In this document: positions 1 through 10,003 of the stretch, piece after piece
Position numbering within the stretch: the first letter of the stretch is position 1
Layout of the letters: every line of letters starts with the position of its first letter
The notes under the pieces: model-generated
The model's database searches: none
What the model was told of the DNA's origin: nothing
The model's input: the letters and a program-made list of their open reading frames with translations, nothing else
Made by a program: the position numbers and the translations under genes
Sequence record: SRR22947727_339
DNA length: 43,292 nucleotides
Strand: one strand, 5' to 3'

Positions 1-708
1 TTTTTGCCATTTGCGGGAGTCACCTCAATTCCAAGAGATAAAAAGTTTATTGATAAACATTATTCTAATCTCGCAATAGCTATAGCCGGCTACAGAGTGG
101 TTGGTCCTCGTATTGTCCGTCTAGACATTCTCAATCGATTAAGCGATCAAATTCGGCAAGCGCAGCAACAATGCGATATTTCGGGTGATGGAAAGAAATT
201 TCAAATTATGCAAGAAATGCTCGCCATTATGGGTTGTACTTATCTTGAGCTTCAAGGTGTTTTACGAAGCCTAGGGTTTCATTCTAAAGTCATTGAAACT
301 GATCAAATAGATACTAAAAATACAGATATTGAATTAATAGAAAGCAAGCCAAAAGACTTATCTTATTTAGAAAAGTCTGAAGTCATTGGTGACAAAGAAA
401 TTTTATTAGAACCGAAAAACACAAGTCCTAATGATAACAAAACATTGAATATTTATCACCATAGAACACCTAATGAAGAGGGAATCATAGAAGAGTTAGT
501 TAATACAGAATATTGGTTTGTTAATAAAGGAAAGTATAAAAATAATAATACCACCAGAAATAACTTTAAAAATAAAAAACAAAAGACAGTAAGAAAAAAT
601 ACATCAGGCAATCAAAGAAATATTAGCCCACACAATAAGAAAGATACTGCATCCAAGAATTCCCCATTTGCAATACTTGAGGAATTAAAAAGAAATTCTG
701 AAGGCTAA
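1..708 (+). CDS. C-terminal part of a helicase-related protein (SUV3/MgpS-like alphaproteobacterial helicase), 5'-truncated by the window edge
   Basis: 'AGYRVVGPRIVRLDILNRL', 'MLAIMGC...LRSLGF' and a basic tail ending 'NSPFAILEELK' resemble the C-terminus of this helicase; it sits upstream of S4-fdxA-carD, the conserved alphaproteobacterial order. No helicase motifs are inside the window. Confidence 0.7.
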   Translation, partial: FLPFAGVTSIPRDKKFIDKHYSNLAIAIAGYRVVGPRIVRLDILNRLSDQIRQAQQQCDISGDGKKFQIMQEMLAIMGCTYLELQGVLRSLGFHSKVIETDQIDTKNTDIELIESKPKDLSYLEKSEVIGDKEILLEPKNTSPNDNKTLNIYHHRTPNEEGIIEELVNTEYWFVNKGKYKNNNTTRNNFKNKKQKTVRKNTSGNQRNISPHNKKDTASKNSPFAILEELKRNSEG

Positions 709-709
709 T

Positions 710-1027
710 TTGGGAAAGACGAAACAAATACAAAACTTAGACGGTTCAATAATAAGTACTGCTCGTTTAGATGCCTGGCTATATAGAACTAGACTGGTTA
801 AAACTAGAACTGTAGCAACAGCAATTATTTCTAGTGGAAAAATAAGAATAACTAAAAATGGAAGAACTAAAAGAATTAAAAAACCGAGTACACTAATAAA
901 TTCTGGCGACCAAGTCTCTTTTGTACATTGCAATAGGCTCATACAGGTAGAAATGGTTGCGTCACCCACAAGAAGAGTGTCAGCAATCAAAGCAAAATCT
1001 TTATACAGAGACCATTACTCGTCTTGA
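710..1027 (+). CDS. hslR: S4-domain RNA-binding protein (Hsp15/HslR-like)
   Basis: S4 motif 'RLDAWLYRTRLVKTRTVA...KPSTLINSGD'; TTG start 1 nt after the helicase stop. Confidence 0.8.
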   Translation: MGKTKQIQNLDGSIISTARLDAWLYRTRLVKTRTVATAIISSGKIRITKNGRTKRIKKPSTLINSGDQVSFVHCNRLIQVEMVASPTRRVSAIKAKSLYRDHYSS

Positions 1028-1052
1028 CATTCATGTCGCAGGTTGTCAAATC
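1024..1052 (+). promoter_or_regulatory. Putative sigma70 promoter/operator upstream of fdxA
   Basis: Perfect TTGACA at 1024-1029 and inverted copy TGTCAA at 1044-1049; GTCAAATC (1045-1052) resembles the Caulobacter-type -10; AAGGA RBS before the ATG at 1075. Confidence 0.4.
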
Positions 1053-1074
1053 CCGAATATATTAAGGATTTTTT

Positions 1075-1419
1075 ATGACATATATAGTCAAAGATGAATG
1101 TATAAAATGCAAATTTATGGATTGCGTCGAAGTCTGCCCTGTTGATTGCTTTTATGAGGGTGAAAATATGCTAGTCATACACCCTGACGAATGTATTGAT
1201 TGCGGAGTTTGTGAGCCCGAATGTCCAGTTGATGCAATAGTACCTGACACTGAGGACACCCCTGACGGTAAGTGGCTTGAAATAAACTCAAAATATGCAG
1301 AGCTATGGCCTGTCATTACAATAAAAAAAGAGCCCCCAATTGACAGTGAAAAATATGAGTCTGAAACTGGTAAATTTGAAAAATTCTTCAGTGAAAAACC
1401 AGGCACTGGAGATGAATAA
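1075..1419 (+). CDS. fdxA: Ferredoxin FdxA (7Fe/dicluster type)
   Basis: '[21 protein letters not shown]...[12 protein letters not shown]' and 'KYAELWP' are typical of FdxA. Confidence 0.95.
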   Translation: MTYIVKDECIKCKFMDCVEVCPVDCFYEGENMLVIHPDECIDCGVCEPECPVDAIVPDTEDTPDGKWLEINSKYAELWPVITIKKEPPIDSEKYESETGKFEKFFSEKPGTGDE

Positions 1420-1548
1420 TTAGTTTATTTATAAAAAATTTATCGATGACTCGCTTATATCCACATAATATGTTATTAATATTCTAAATTAATAATCTTT
1501 CAAATAACTTCAATTCACTCGAAATAAATCCCAAAAGGCACTTTAACT

Positions 1549-2169
1549 ATGGCAGGTTCCAAAAAAAATATCGAAAAAAATACATCTAAGAAGTCAAAGA
1601 AAAAAGCCTTCAAGGCAGGACAGCACATAGTTTACCCTGCGCACGGTGTTGGAAAAGTTACAGGAATAGAGCAGGAAATCATAGCTGGCTTTGACATAGA
1701 AACATATGTCGTTCATTTTGAACAAGATAAGATGACATTAAGAGTGCCAACAGAAAAAGCAGAGAACTCAGGAATGCGAGCTTTATCAAATGAACTAATA
1801 TTGAAAGATGCATTTACTACATTAAAGGGTCGTGCCCGCATTAAACGCACCATGTGGAGTAGGAGAGCTCAAGAATATGAAGCCAAAATTAATTCTGGAG
1901 ATCTTATATTAGTGGCTGAAGTAGTGCGTGATTTACATCGAACAGAATCTCAACCTGAGCAAAGTTACTCTGAGCGTCAGCTTTATGAACGTGCGACAGA
2001 TAGAATGGTTAGAGAAGTAGCGGCCATAGAAAAAACTGATAAAGGGTCCGCAATAGAATTAGTATTAGAAACACTTACAAAAGCAAGAACAAGACAGGCA
2101 GCAAAAGTAGCAAAAGAAAGTCCTGGGTTGGATGATAGCTTAGAAGCTAGCTCTGCATCAATCGGTTAA
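1549..2169 (+). CDS. carD: CarD/CdnL family RNA-polymerase-binding transcription factor
   Basis: 'VYPAHGVG', 'TMWSRRAQEYEAKINSGD', 'EQSYSERQLYE'. Confidence 0.95.
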   Translation: MAGSKKNIEKNTSKKSKKKAFKAGQHIVYPAHGVGKVTGIEQEIIAGFDIETYVVHFEQDKMTLRVPTEKAENSGMRALSNELILKDAFTTLKGRARIKRTMWSRRAQEYEAKINSGDLILVAEVVRDLHRTESQPEQSYSERQLYERATDRMVREVAAIEKTDKGSAIELVLETLTKARTRQAAKVAKESPGLDDSLEASSASIG

Positions 2170-2195
2170 CTAAATTAATAAAAATAGGTAAGGTT

Positions 2196-3818
2196 ATGCG
2201 TCACCCGTTAAAGTTCATATTGTTACTCTCCGTTACCTCACTGATTGCTTGCGGTGGAAGTAACGAGAGTAGCTCACCTAATCCACTACCTACCCCTCCG
2301 ACAACAGGTTCATCAGAGCCATCATGGTCGCAGGGTACTTATGCTGCATCATCTACTTTTAAAAACCAATGCGCTATCCCAAGAACAAATTCCGATATAG
2401 ATGGGAACCCTTACCCTGATGAACAAGGATCTACCTTGAAAGAAAAGTTTTGGTTAAGGTCATGGTCTGATGAACTTTATCTTTGGTACAATGAGTTGCC
2501 AGATATCAATCCAGATAATAACGATAACCGGTTAGAGTATTTTGACAAACTCAGAACTTCAGCTACTACTACAAACGGCACACAAAAGGATCAATTTCAT
2601 TTTACTATACCAACAGATGAGTATGAAGAGAGAGTTGCAACTGGCTCGTCCGCTGGCTATGGCGCTAATTTTGTTATCTTAGCAGGCTCTCCTCCTAGAG
2701 ATGTTCGCGTTTCGATTGTTCAGCCTAATTCACCTGCATCTATTAACAATAACCTCCTCAGGGGAACTGAAATTTTAGAAATTGATGGTGAAGATGTAAT
2801 CAATGGTAGTAACACAAATACACTAAATGCAGGTTTATTTCCATCAGAACCTGGAGAGACTCATACTTTTCTTGTACGAGATGCCGGTTCTGAAACAACC
2901 CGTTCTATTTCATTAACCTCAGATGTTGTTGCAGAACAGCCTGTAAACACAACAGCCATAATTGAAACACCTACAGGAAAAGTTGGCTACATAGCTTTTA
3001 CTACATTCGGCACATCAACCGCTGAAGAGCAAATTGCTAATGCTTTCACTCAAATGAGCAATGCTAAAATTAGCGACCTAGTACTTGATTTAAGATATAA
3101 CGGAGGAGGTTTTTTGGCGATAGCTAGTCAGCTCAGTTATATGATTGCAGGGGAAAATCAAACTCAAGGGACATTTTTTGAAGAACTCCAGTTTAATGAT
3201 AAACATCCCGTTACTAACCCTGTAACTAATACAACATTAGAGCCCACACCATTTTACACTACAAGCCTTGGCTTTAATGAAAACTTTCCGGGTGGACAGC
3301 CATTAGATACAGTCGACCTGCCGAGAGTATTTATTATTTCAACAGGCGGGACTTGCAGCGCTAGTGAGGCAGTCATAAATGGCCTCCGCGGTATTGATGT
3401 AGAGGTTGTACTCATTGGCTCCAAGACATGTGGAAAACCTTATGGGTTTTATGGAACAGATAACTGTGGAGAAACTTATTTCACAATTCAATTTAGAGGC
3501 GTAAATTACAAAAACTTTGGTGATTACTCTGATGGTTTCGCTCCTGAAAATAGTGCTACAATAGGAGGGGTTGGGGAATTCATTCCTGGTTGTGTGGCTA
3601 GCGATGATTTTACTAATCAACTCGGTAATGCTAATGAAAACATGCTCAGAACCGCTTTATCATATAGAGAGAATGGAGTTTGCCCAACTAATCAGAATAA
3701 AAACTTACTTTACGCGGATAAATCTAAATATGAAAATAATCCCTCACAATCTCTTTATAGTGAAAAACGAATTGCAAACATGTTCAAACTTAAAAACAGC
3801 CGTATAATAAAAAAATAA
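2196..3818 (+). CDS. S41-family (tail-specific protease-like) peptidase, lipoprotein with PDZ-like domain
   Basis: Lipobox 'LIAC' then a Pro/Ser linker; 'ELYLWY', 'LVLDLRYNGGG', 'TCSASE', 'TCGKPYG'. Confidence 0.9.
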   Translation: MRHPLKFILLLSVTSLIACGGSNESSSPNPLPTPPTTGSSEPSWSQGTYAASSTFKNQCAIPRTNSDIDGNPYPDEQGSTLKEKFWLRSWSDELYLWYNELPDINPDNNDNRLEYFDKLRTSATTTNGTQKDQFHFTIPTDEYEERVATGSSAGYGANFVILAGSPPRDVRVSIVQPNSPASINNNLLRGTEILEIDGEDVINGSNTNTLNAGLFPSEPGETHTFLVRDAGSETTRSISLTSDVVAEQPVNTTAIIETPTGKVGYIAFTTFGTSTAEEQIANAFTQMSNAKISDLVLDLRYNGGGFLAIASQLSYMIAGENQTQGTFFEELQFNDKHPVTNPVTNTTLEPTPFYTTSLGFNENFPGGQPLDTVDLPRVFIISTGGTCSASEAVINGLRGIDVEVVLIGSKTCGKPYGFYGTDNCGETYFTIQFRGVNYKNFGDYSDGFAPENSATIGGVGEFIPGCVASDDFTNQLGNANENMLRTALSYRENGVCPTNQNKNLLYADKSKYENNPSQSLYSEKRIANMFKLKNSRIIKK

Positions 3819-3843
3819 GTGAATTATTTTTTTCTCTAAAAGT

Positions 3844-4836
3844 CTATTTGATACCCGGTAAAACTCTGTCTGGATATGCATGACCGTCCATCATAGCTCT
3901 GATATTAATCATGACTTTTTCTCCCATTTCTTGTCTGCTTTCGTGAGTAGCTGATCCTATATGCGGAGAAAGTATAACATTTCGTAATTTAATTAAATCT
4001 GGATGTATTCTAGGCTCATTCTCATAAACATCTAAACCTGCTCCACTCAACTCACCTAAAGATAATGCATTTGCAAGTGCCGCCTCATCTATGACCTCAC
4101 CCCTAGAAGTATTAACTATATAACTTGTTGGTGATAGTAGTTTTAAACGCTTTTTATTTATCAGGTGATAAGTCTCAGGTGTATTTGGGCAAGTGATTAC
4201 CAATATATCAATTGATGGAAGCATTGGATCAAGTGTAGGCCAATAGGTTGCATCAAATGTGTCCTCAATTCCAGCTGGTAACCTGTTGCGATTATGGTAA
4301 TGGACTTCAAGACCAAACGTTTTAGCTCGTCGAGCCACCGCCTGACCAATACGGCCCATACCAATTATACCTAATCTTTTTCCCCTAATGCGATGTCCCA
4401 ACATAAATGTGGGGGTCCATCCATCAAACTTACCAGATCGAGCCCTACGATCACCCTCAACTAATCGCCTTGGAACTGCTAAAATAAGAGCCATTGTTAA
4501 ATCGGCTGTGTCTTCAGTTAAAACACCTGGAGTATTTGTAACTATAATTCCGCGCTCATGGGCAAAGTTAATATCAATGTGGTCTGTACCTGCTCCAAAA
4601 TTGGCAATAAGACGTAGTTTTTTTGAAGCCGCAGATATTACATCTGAATTTATAATATCTGTAACCGTTGGAACAAATACTTCGCAATCTGCTATTGCTC
4701 TTTTCAGCTCATCTTGAGTCATTAAGTTTGTATCGTTTCTTAAAGTTGTATCAAATAGATTTACCATTCTATCTTCAACGACTTTAGGTAACCGTTGGGT
4801 AACACTTACGCGCGGTTTATTATTAGAAGAACTCAT
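3844..4836 (-). CDS. D-2-hydroxyacid dehydrogenase (glyoxylate reductase/D-glycerate dehydrogenase-like)
   Basis: 'ANFGAGTDHID', 'NTPGVLTEDTAD', 'GMGRIG', 'NTSRG', 'LDVYENEP', 'PHIGSAT'. Confidence 0.92.
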   Translation of the reverse strand: MSSSNNKPRVSVTQRLPKVVEDRMVNLFDTTLRNDTNLMTQDELKRAIADCEVFVPTVTDIINSDVISAASKKLRLIANFGAGTDHIDINFAHERGIIVTNTPGVLTEDTADLTMALILAVPRRLVEGDRRARSGKFDGWTPTFMLGHRIRGKRLGIIGMGRIGQAVARRAKTFGLEVHYHNRNRLPAGIEDTFDATYWPTLDPMLPSIDILVITCPNTPETYHLINKKRLKLLSPTSYIVNTSRGEVIDEAALANALSLGELSGAGLDVYENEPRIHPDLIKLRNVILSPHIGSATHESRQEMGEKVMINIRAMMDGHAYPDRVLPGIK

Positions 4837-4937
4837 ATCTTACAATAAACGACTTTATCTAATTTTCTCAAGCTTAAAGATAATAATATTTAAAATATTT
4901 ACTTTTGATTTAAACATTTTACACCATAAGCAGTAAT

Positions 4938-5504
4938 ATGATCAGGGCTTTTAAAATATACTTAATAACTTTTGGATTTTTCTTTGCAATGGTTCCATAT
5001 TCTTTCAGCAATGGTATTAATCAACAGTATGTTAAATCCGAAAAAGAAATGTTACAAAGAACATCAGAACTTGATAATATACTTCAAGTTCCGCCTGAAA
5101 AAACTCGCAGCGGATTTGCCGTACCCCGGTATGTTAGCTTAAAAGTTGGAAAGGTAAATGGTAGGGCTGGTCCATCAACAAAACACAAAATATCTTGGCA
5201 ATATCGTCGTAAAGGCCTACCTTTAATTGTTATAGCTGAAACTGATACCTGGCGTAAAGTACGTGATATGGCAGGCGATGAAAGCTGGGTTCATAAGCCT
5301 GCATTATCCGGCATCCGAAATGTAATTACTACTTCAAAAACAACCATGCATAAAAGTGTATCCATTGAGGCAGAAATAGTAGCCCTAGTGGACAAAGACG
5401 CTCTGCTACGACTAGAAAAATGTACAAAAAATTGGTGTAAAGTTAGTTTTAAAAAAATTGAGGGCTGGGTTAAACGCTCTAAAATTTGGGGTGCAGAAAA
5501 ATAA
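4938..5504 (+). CDS. Periplasmic tandem bacterial SH3-domain protein
   Basis: Signal-peptide-like N-terminus; 'VPRYVSLK...NGRAGPS...W.Y.RKGLP...WRKVRD..G..WVH' and a second SH3 ending 'WCKV...GWV...IWG'. Confidence 0.85.
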   Translation: MIRAFKIYLITFGFFFAMVPYSFSNGINQQYVKSEKEMLQRTSELDNILQVPPEKTRSGFAVPRYVSLKVGKVNGRAGPSTKHKISWQYRRKGLPLIVIAETDTWRKVRDMAGDESWVHKPALSGIRNVITTSKTTMHKSVSIEAEIVALVDKDALLRLEKCTKNWCKVSFKKIEGWVKRSKIWGAEK

Positions 5505-5597
5505 AATATAACATATTTATTAATAATGAAATTATACTTAAACTCTTGATGTAAATTATTCATAATGCTTGAATGCAAGACTGAAGGAATAAATTAA

Positions 5598-6455
5598 ATG
5601 ATAGATAAGGTTATTATAGCTCGTAACAAATCTGAGCTCGATGCAGTTATTTTACACTATCGGGAAAATAATGAAACCATATCTCTTGTTCCAACGATGG
5701 GAGCACTTCATGAAGGCCACCTTAATTTAGTAAAATTAGCAAAACAAAAATCAGATAGAACAATAGTATCAATATATGTCAATCCTGCTCAATTTGCACC
5801 TGGTGAAGATTTTGAAGCATATCCACGGTCAGAAAATGATGACATAAGTTTACTTATAGAGAAAAAAGTCGATCTGATTTATATTCCAGACCCTAAATCC
5901 ATGTACAATGTGCATCATGCAACAAAAATTATTGTTGGAGGGGTTGCCGAAGGACTAGAAACAGATCATCGGCCTACTTTTTTTGAAGGAGTTGCGCTAA
6001 TAGTCACAAAATTACTCAACAGAGTAACTCCTGATTATGCGATTTTTGGTGAAAAAGATTATCAGCAACTAGCCACCATTCGTCGCTTGGTTGATGATCT
6101 AGATATACCTGTTGAAATTATAGGAGCAAAGATAGCAAGGGATAATCATGGTCTAGCATTATCATCACGTAATAAATACTTAGATAGTCATGGCTTAAAA
6201 ATTGCACGGCAACTCAATAAAATTATGATTTCATACGCAAGCATGATGAGTAAAGGAGCAAATGTTGACAAGGCAACTCAAACCGCAAGAGCAGAGCTAT
6301 TAGAATCTGGATTTAGTTCAGTTGACTACATAGAAGTAAGAAGCCCAAATTCATTGACTATCCTTGAAGGCGGCGTACTTAACAGTCCTGCTCGCTTGTT
6401 GGTAGCAGCGCACTGCCAAGGTGTAAGGTTAATCGATAATTATCCCATTAATTAA
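5598..6455 (+). CDS. panC: Pantoate--beta-alanine ligase
   Basis: 'PTMGALHEGH', 'VNPAQF', 'FGEKDYQQ', 'GLALSSRN', 'RLIDN'. Confidence 0.97.
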   Translation: MIDKVIIARNKSELDAVILHYRENNETISLVPTMGALHEGHLNLVKLAKQKSDRTIVSIYVNPAQFAPGEDFEAYPRSENDDISLLIEKKVDLIYIPDPKSMYNVHHATKIIVGGVAEGLETDHRPTFFEGVALIVTKLLNRVTPDYAIFGEKDYQQLATIRRLVDDLDIPVEIIGAKIARDNHGLALSSRNKYLDSHGLKIARQLNKIMISYASMMSKGANVDKATQTARAELLESGFSSVDYIEVRSPNSLTILEGGVLNSPARLLVAAHCQGVRLIDNYPIN

Positions 6456-6487
6456 TTGTAAAAAAATAAAAGTTCCAGACAAACTTT

Positions 6488-7009
6488 CTATATCGATTTT
6501 ACCATAGTAAACATAGGTATGGGAACGCTACTATAATCATTCCACGAGCTCTCAACTTCGTAACCACACTTTTTATAGAAGTCACGTCCAGATAATGTAG
6601 CAGCCATCTCGAGTACATTAAATCCAGCTTTTTTTGCAGATTTCTCAGCTTCTTTTAGTATCAGGCGACCAACACCTTGTTTAACATAATCAGGATGCGT
6701 ATACATAGCCCTTATTCTAGCTCTATCTTGCTTGGGGTCTAAAAGTCTTGCATTACGGTTTTTGCTATGATTACCTCCATAAAGAGTTGATCTCATAGAC
6801 CAACCCCCACAACCGACAAGGATGTTTTTTGTTTTTACGCAAAAGTAAGTTTTATCGATAATTAATTGTGTATCTATTCCCATTATAGAAAATGAAGCTC
6901 TTATTTGCTCATTTGTTAAATAATTTTTTTGGAGCTCAAGAATTGAAATGTTCATCAACTCCCTAATATCCTGTTCATCATTCATATCTGCTAATCGGAG
7001 GTGGAACAT
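6488..7009 (-). CDS. GNAT-family N-acetyltransferase
   Basis: 'VGCGGWS.R.TLYGG', 'ARIRAMYTHPDYVKQGVG', 'ATLSG..FY..CGY'. Confidence 0.9.
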   Translation of the reverse strand: MFHLRLADMNDEQDIRELMNISILELQKNYLTNEQIRASFSIMGIDTQLIIDKTYFCVKTKNILVGCGGWSMRSTLYGGNHSKNRNARLLDPKQDRARIRAMYTHPDYVKQGVGRLILKEAEKSAKKAGFNVLEMAATLSGRDFYKKCGYEVESSWNDYSSVPIPMFTMVKSI

Positions 7010-7225
7010 ATTAACAAAACCTTTAGATTTTTTTGATCTAACAATGATTATTAAATGATTTAGGTAAAAATTTAGTTATCATAAACAAAATAGTGTTATA
7101 TATATCACAGCTAATAATCAATTTAAATTAAAGCTATCAAAGAGCTTGTACGAAACCCCACAAAAAACTAGTTACTGCCACTGATCATATTAGGTCTTTA
7201 GTTTGCTACAACCAAGAGGATACAC

Positions 7226-9916
7226 ATGCAACGTTTTTCACTAAAATCCGCGTTAGCACTTTCGGCTTCAGCCGCAATGCTAGCAGGTGCAATGGCCGTT
7301 CCGGCTTACGCTCAATCATCAGATGGTATATCAGCAGAAGATGAAGTAGTTTCAATTGGTACACGAAGAAAAGCTCGCTCAGCTGCTGACACTCCAGCAC
7401 CTGTAGACGTAATTTCAGGTGTTGAGTTCACTCAGAACGCAGCAAATGATATTCAAGACTTACTCCGTACATCAGTTCCATCATATAACGTAAACACGCA
7501 GCCAATTTCAGATGCTGCTTCAATCGTACGTCCAGCTAACCTTCGTGGGCTCTCACCGGATAACACTTTAGTACTGGTTAACGGAAAACGTCGTCACCGT
7601 GGTGCTGTAATATCATTTTTAGGTGGTGGTATTGCTGATGGCGCTCAAGGCGTTGATGTTTCTTCACTTCCTGCAATCAGCTTAAAGCAAGTTCAAGTTC
7701 TACGTGATGGCGCGTCATCTCAGTATGGCTCTGATGCTATTGCTGGTGTTATTGGATTTGACTTAAAAGATTCTGCAGAAGGCGGCTCTTTAGAAATTAA
7801 GTATGGCTCAACATATGAAGGCGACGGAGACAATTACTCTATAGCAGGTAACGTAGGTCTGCCTCTCGGAGATGCTGGTTTTATCAATATTTCTGGTGAA
7901 TATGGCGATACTGACGGTACTGTACGTGCTGCGCCTCGTAATGACGTTACTGCACTCGTAGCAGCTGGTAACTCAGCGGCAAGCGACAACCTAACAATTA
8001 ATAGCTATACAGATGAGTTTACTCAGTATTGGGGTCAGCCGGACGTTGAAGATGATATCAAATTAGTTTTCAACAGCGGTATGGAACTAAATGCAAATAC
8101 TGAACTTTATGCATTTGGTACATATGCTGAAAGAACAACTACTGGTGGTTTCTTCTATCGTAACCCTACTAACCGTGGCGGTGTATATCGTGGTGATTTA
8201 GTTGATGCCACAACAGGTGCTTTGGATCCAAACGGTGTTGCATCAATACGTGTTGGTGACTTAGACGGTCTTGGAACTGGCGGATCATGTCCTGCAGGTA
8301 TTCCTTTAGATGGACTTCTTCCAGATCCAACTGTTTTGGCTCAGGTAGTTGCAGATGATAACTGTTTCTCATTCGTTGAAGCAATCCCAGGTGGGTTTGT
8401 TCCACGCTTTGGAGGCGATCTTCGTGATATGGGTATCAGTGCTGGTGTTCGTGGCGACATGGACCTAGGAAATGGTCTTTCTTATGATCTATCTGTTACA
8501 CACGGTACATCTAAAGTTGAATTCTTCATCACCAACACAGTTAATGCTTCATTAGGACCAATAGCTGGTTCAGGAAACAGAGAAGTTGTTCGTGACTTTA
8601 TACCAGGTGGACAAGAGCAAATCGAAACAGTTCTTAATGCTGACTTTGGTTATTCACTTCCAATGGCGGAGTGGGCTTCAGACTTAAATATTGGTTTTGG
8701 TGGTGAATACCGCAAAGAAACATTCGACCTATTTGCAGGTGGACCAAACTCATATGCGTTAGGTCCTTTGGCAGATCAAGGTTTCTCATCAAGCTCAAAT
8801 GGTTTTGGTGGCTTCCCTAACAGTTCATCAAACTCACAGGACGCTTTCGCTGGATATGTTGATCTTGAAGGTGATATTACCGACGCTCTTACATTAGGAG
8901 CTGCTTTACGTTACGAAGATTATTCTAACTTTGGTGATACTTTAAACTATAAAGTAGCAGCGTTATATAAAGTAAATGATAATGTTCGCCTTCGTGGTAC
9001 ATATTCGACTGGTTTCCATGCACCAACAGGTGGGCAAGCTAACATCACAAACGTTACTACTCAAAACGTAAATGGTCAGCTTGTTGATCAGGGAACACTT
9101 CCTTTGAATACACCAGCTGGTCAATTAGCAGCAGATTACATACAATCAACTACTGGTGAACGTCCAACACTTACAGCTGAAGATGCTCGTAACATCTCAT
9201 TAGGTATAGCATTTAACACCGGTGGATTTAACTGGACTGTGGATTACTTTAACATTGATGTTAAAGACCGTGTTGCATTAGGTGCAAATGTTGACTTCTT
9301 GGATGCTCTTCAAGCTGCTGGTGCAACTGCCGGAACAATAGGCGGTGCATTAACTGAACTTGACGCAGCAGGAACAATAAACCGTACAGACTTTGTTGGT
9401 CTTGATGATTTGCTTCAGTTCCGTTTCTTTTCAAATGCATTTGATACAAGAACTCAAGGTATTGACATCAAAGGCGATTATGACTTTGAAATGGCAGGTG
9501 GCGACTCTACAATTATAGTTGCTGCTAACTGGACTGACACAGAAGTGACTCGCCAGGGACCAATTTCTAACGGCCGTGTTAAATCTCTTGAAGACCTGCT
9601 TCCGAATGTAAAAGGCTCAGCTACACTTCTTCATTCTCAAGGAATGTGGAATGGTATGGTTCGCGCTAGTTACTATGGTAAGTGGGATGACACCGGTAAC
9701 GGCGTTGATGGTGTAAGCTCGGAAATTATGATCGATGCTGAAATCGGTGCAGAAGTTTATGAAGGTGTTGAACTTATGATTGGTGCAAATAACATCTTTG
9801 ATAACTACCCTGATGAAAACCCAGGAAAAGGTGGCTCTGGTCAACTTTATCCTGAAGCCTCACCAACTGGTTTTTCTGGTGGTCAATATTACATCAAAGC
9901 TCGCTACACATTCTAA
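7226..9916 (+). CDS. TonB-dependent outer-membrane receptor
   Basis: Signal peptide ending 'PAYA'; TonB box 'EDEVVSIGTR'; plug 'LRGLSPDNTLVLVNGKRRH' and 'VLRDGASSQYGSDAIAGVI'; C-terminal 'GANNIFD...YYIKARYTF'; GAGGA RBS. Confidence 0.95.
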   Translation: MQRFSLKSALALSASAAMLAGAMAVPAYAQSSDGISAEDEVVSIGTRRKARSAADTPAPVDVISGVEFTQNAANDIQDLLRTSVPSYNVNTQPISDAASIVRPANLRGLSPDNTLVLVNGKRRHRGAVISFLGGGIADGAQGVDVSSLPAISLKQVQVLRDGASSQYGSDAIAGVIGFDLKDSAEGGSLEIKYGSTYEGDGDNYSIAGNVGLPLGDAGFINISGEYGDTDGTVRAAPRNDVTALVAAGNSAASDNLTINSYTDEFTQYWGQPDVEDDIKLVFNSGMELNANTELYAFGTYAERTTTGGFFYRNPTNRGGVYRGDLVDATTGALDPNGVASIRVGDLDGLGTGGSCPAGIPLDGLLPDPTVLAQVVADDNCFSFVEAIPGGFVPRFGGDLRDMGISAGVRGDMDLGNGLSYDLSVTHGTSKVEFFITNTVNASLGPIAGSGNREVVRDFIPGGQEQIETVLNADFGYSLPMAEWASDLNIGFGGEYRKETFDLFAGGPNSYALGPLADQGFSSSSNGFGGFPNSSSNSQDAFAGYVDLEGDITDALTLGAALRYEDYSNFGDTLNYKVAALYKVNDNVRLRGTYSTGFHAPTGGQANITNVTTQNVNGQLVDQGTLPLNTPAGQLAADYIQSTTGERPTLTAEDARNISLGIAFNTGGFNWTVDYFNIDVKDRVALGANVDFLDALQAAGATAGTIGGALTELDAAGTINRTDFVGLDDLLQFRFFSNAFDTRTQGIDIKGDYDFEMAGGDSTIIVAANWTDTEVTRQGPISNGRVKSLEDLLPNVKGSATLLHSQGMWNGMVRASYYGKWDDTGNGVDGVSSEIMIDAEIGAEVYEGVELMIGANNIFDNYPDENPGKGGSGQLYPEASPTGFSGGQYYIKARYTF

Positions 9917-9941
9917 GCGACTCGTAATTTTTTAAATACTT

Positions 9942-9972
9942 AAGCCTTGGTTTCGACCAAGGCTTTTTTTTT
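9942..9972 (+). terminator. Rho-independent terminator of the TonB-dependent receptor gene
   Basis: Perfect 10-bp stem AAGCCTTGGT-TTCG-ACCAAGGCTT followed by a T run, about 25 nt after the stop codon. Confidence 0.92.
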
Positions 9973-10003
9973 AGTAATTATCTAAACGTTAATTATAGTT
10001 CTT

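Noticed and set aside
7160-7215. Cobalamin riboswitch upstream of the TBDR (GCCACTG at ~7177)
   Set aside because: Only the heptamer is present; the other conserved B12-element blocks and stems are missing, and the leader is short and AT-rich.
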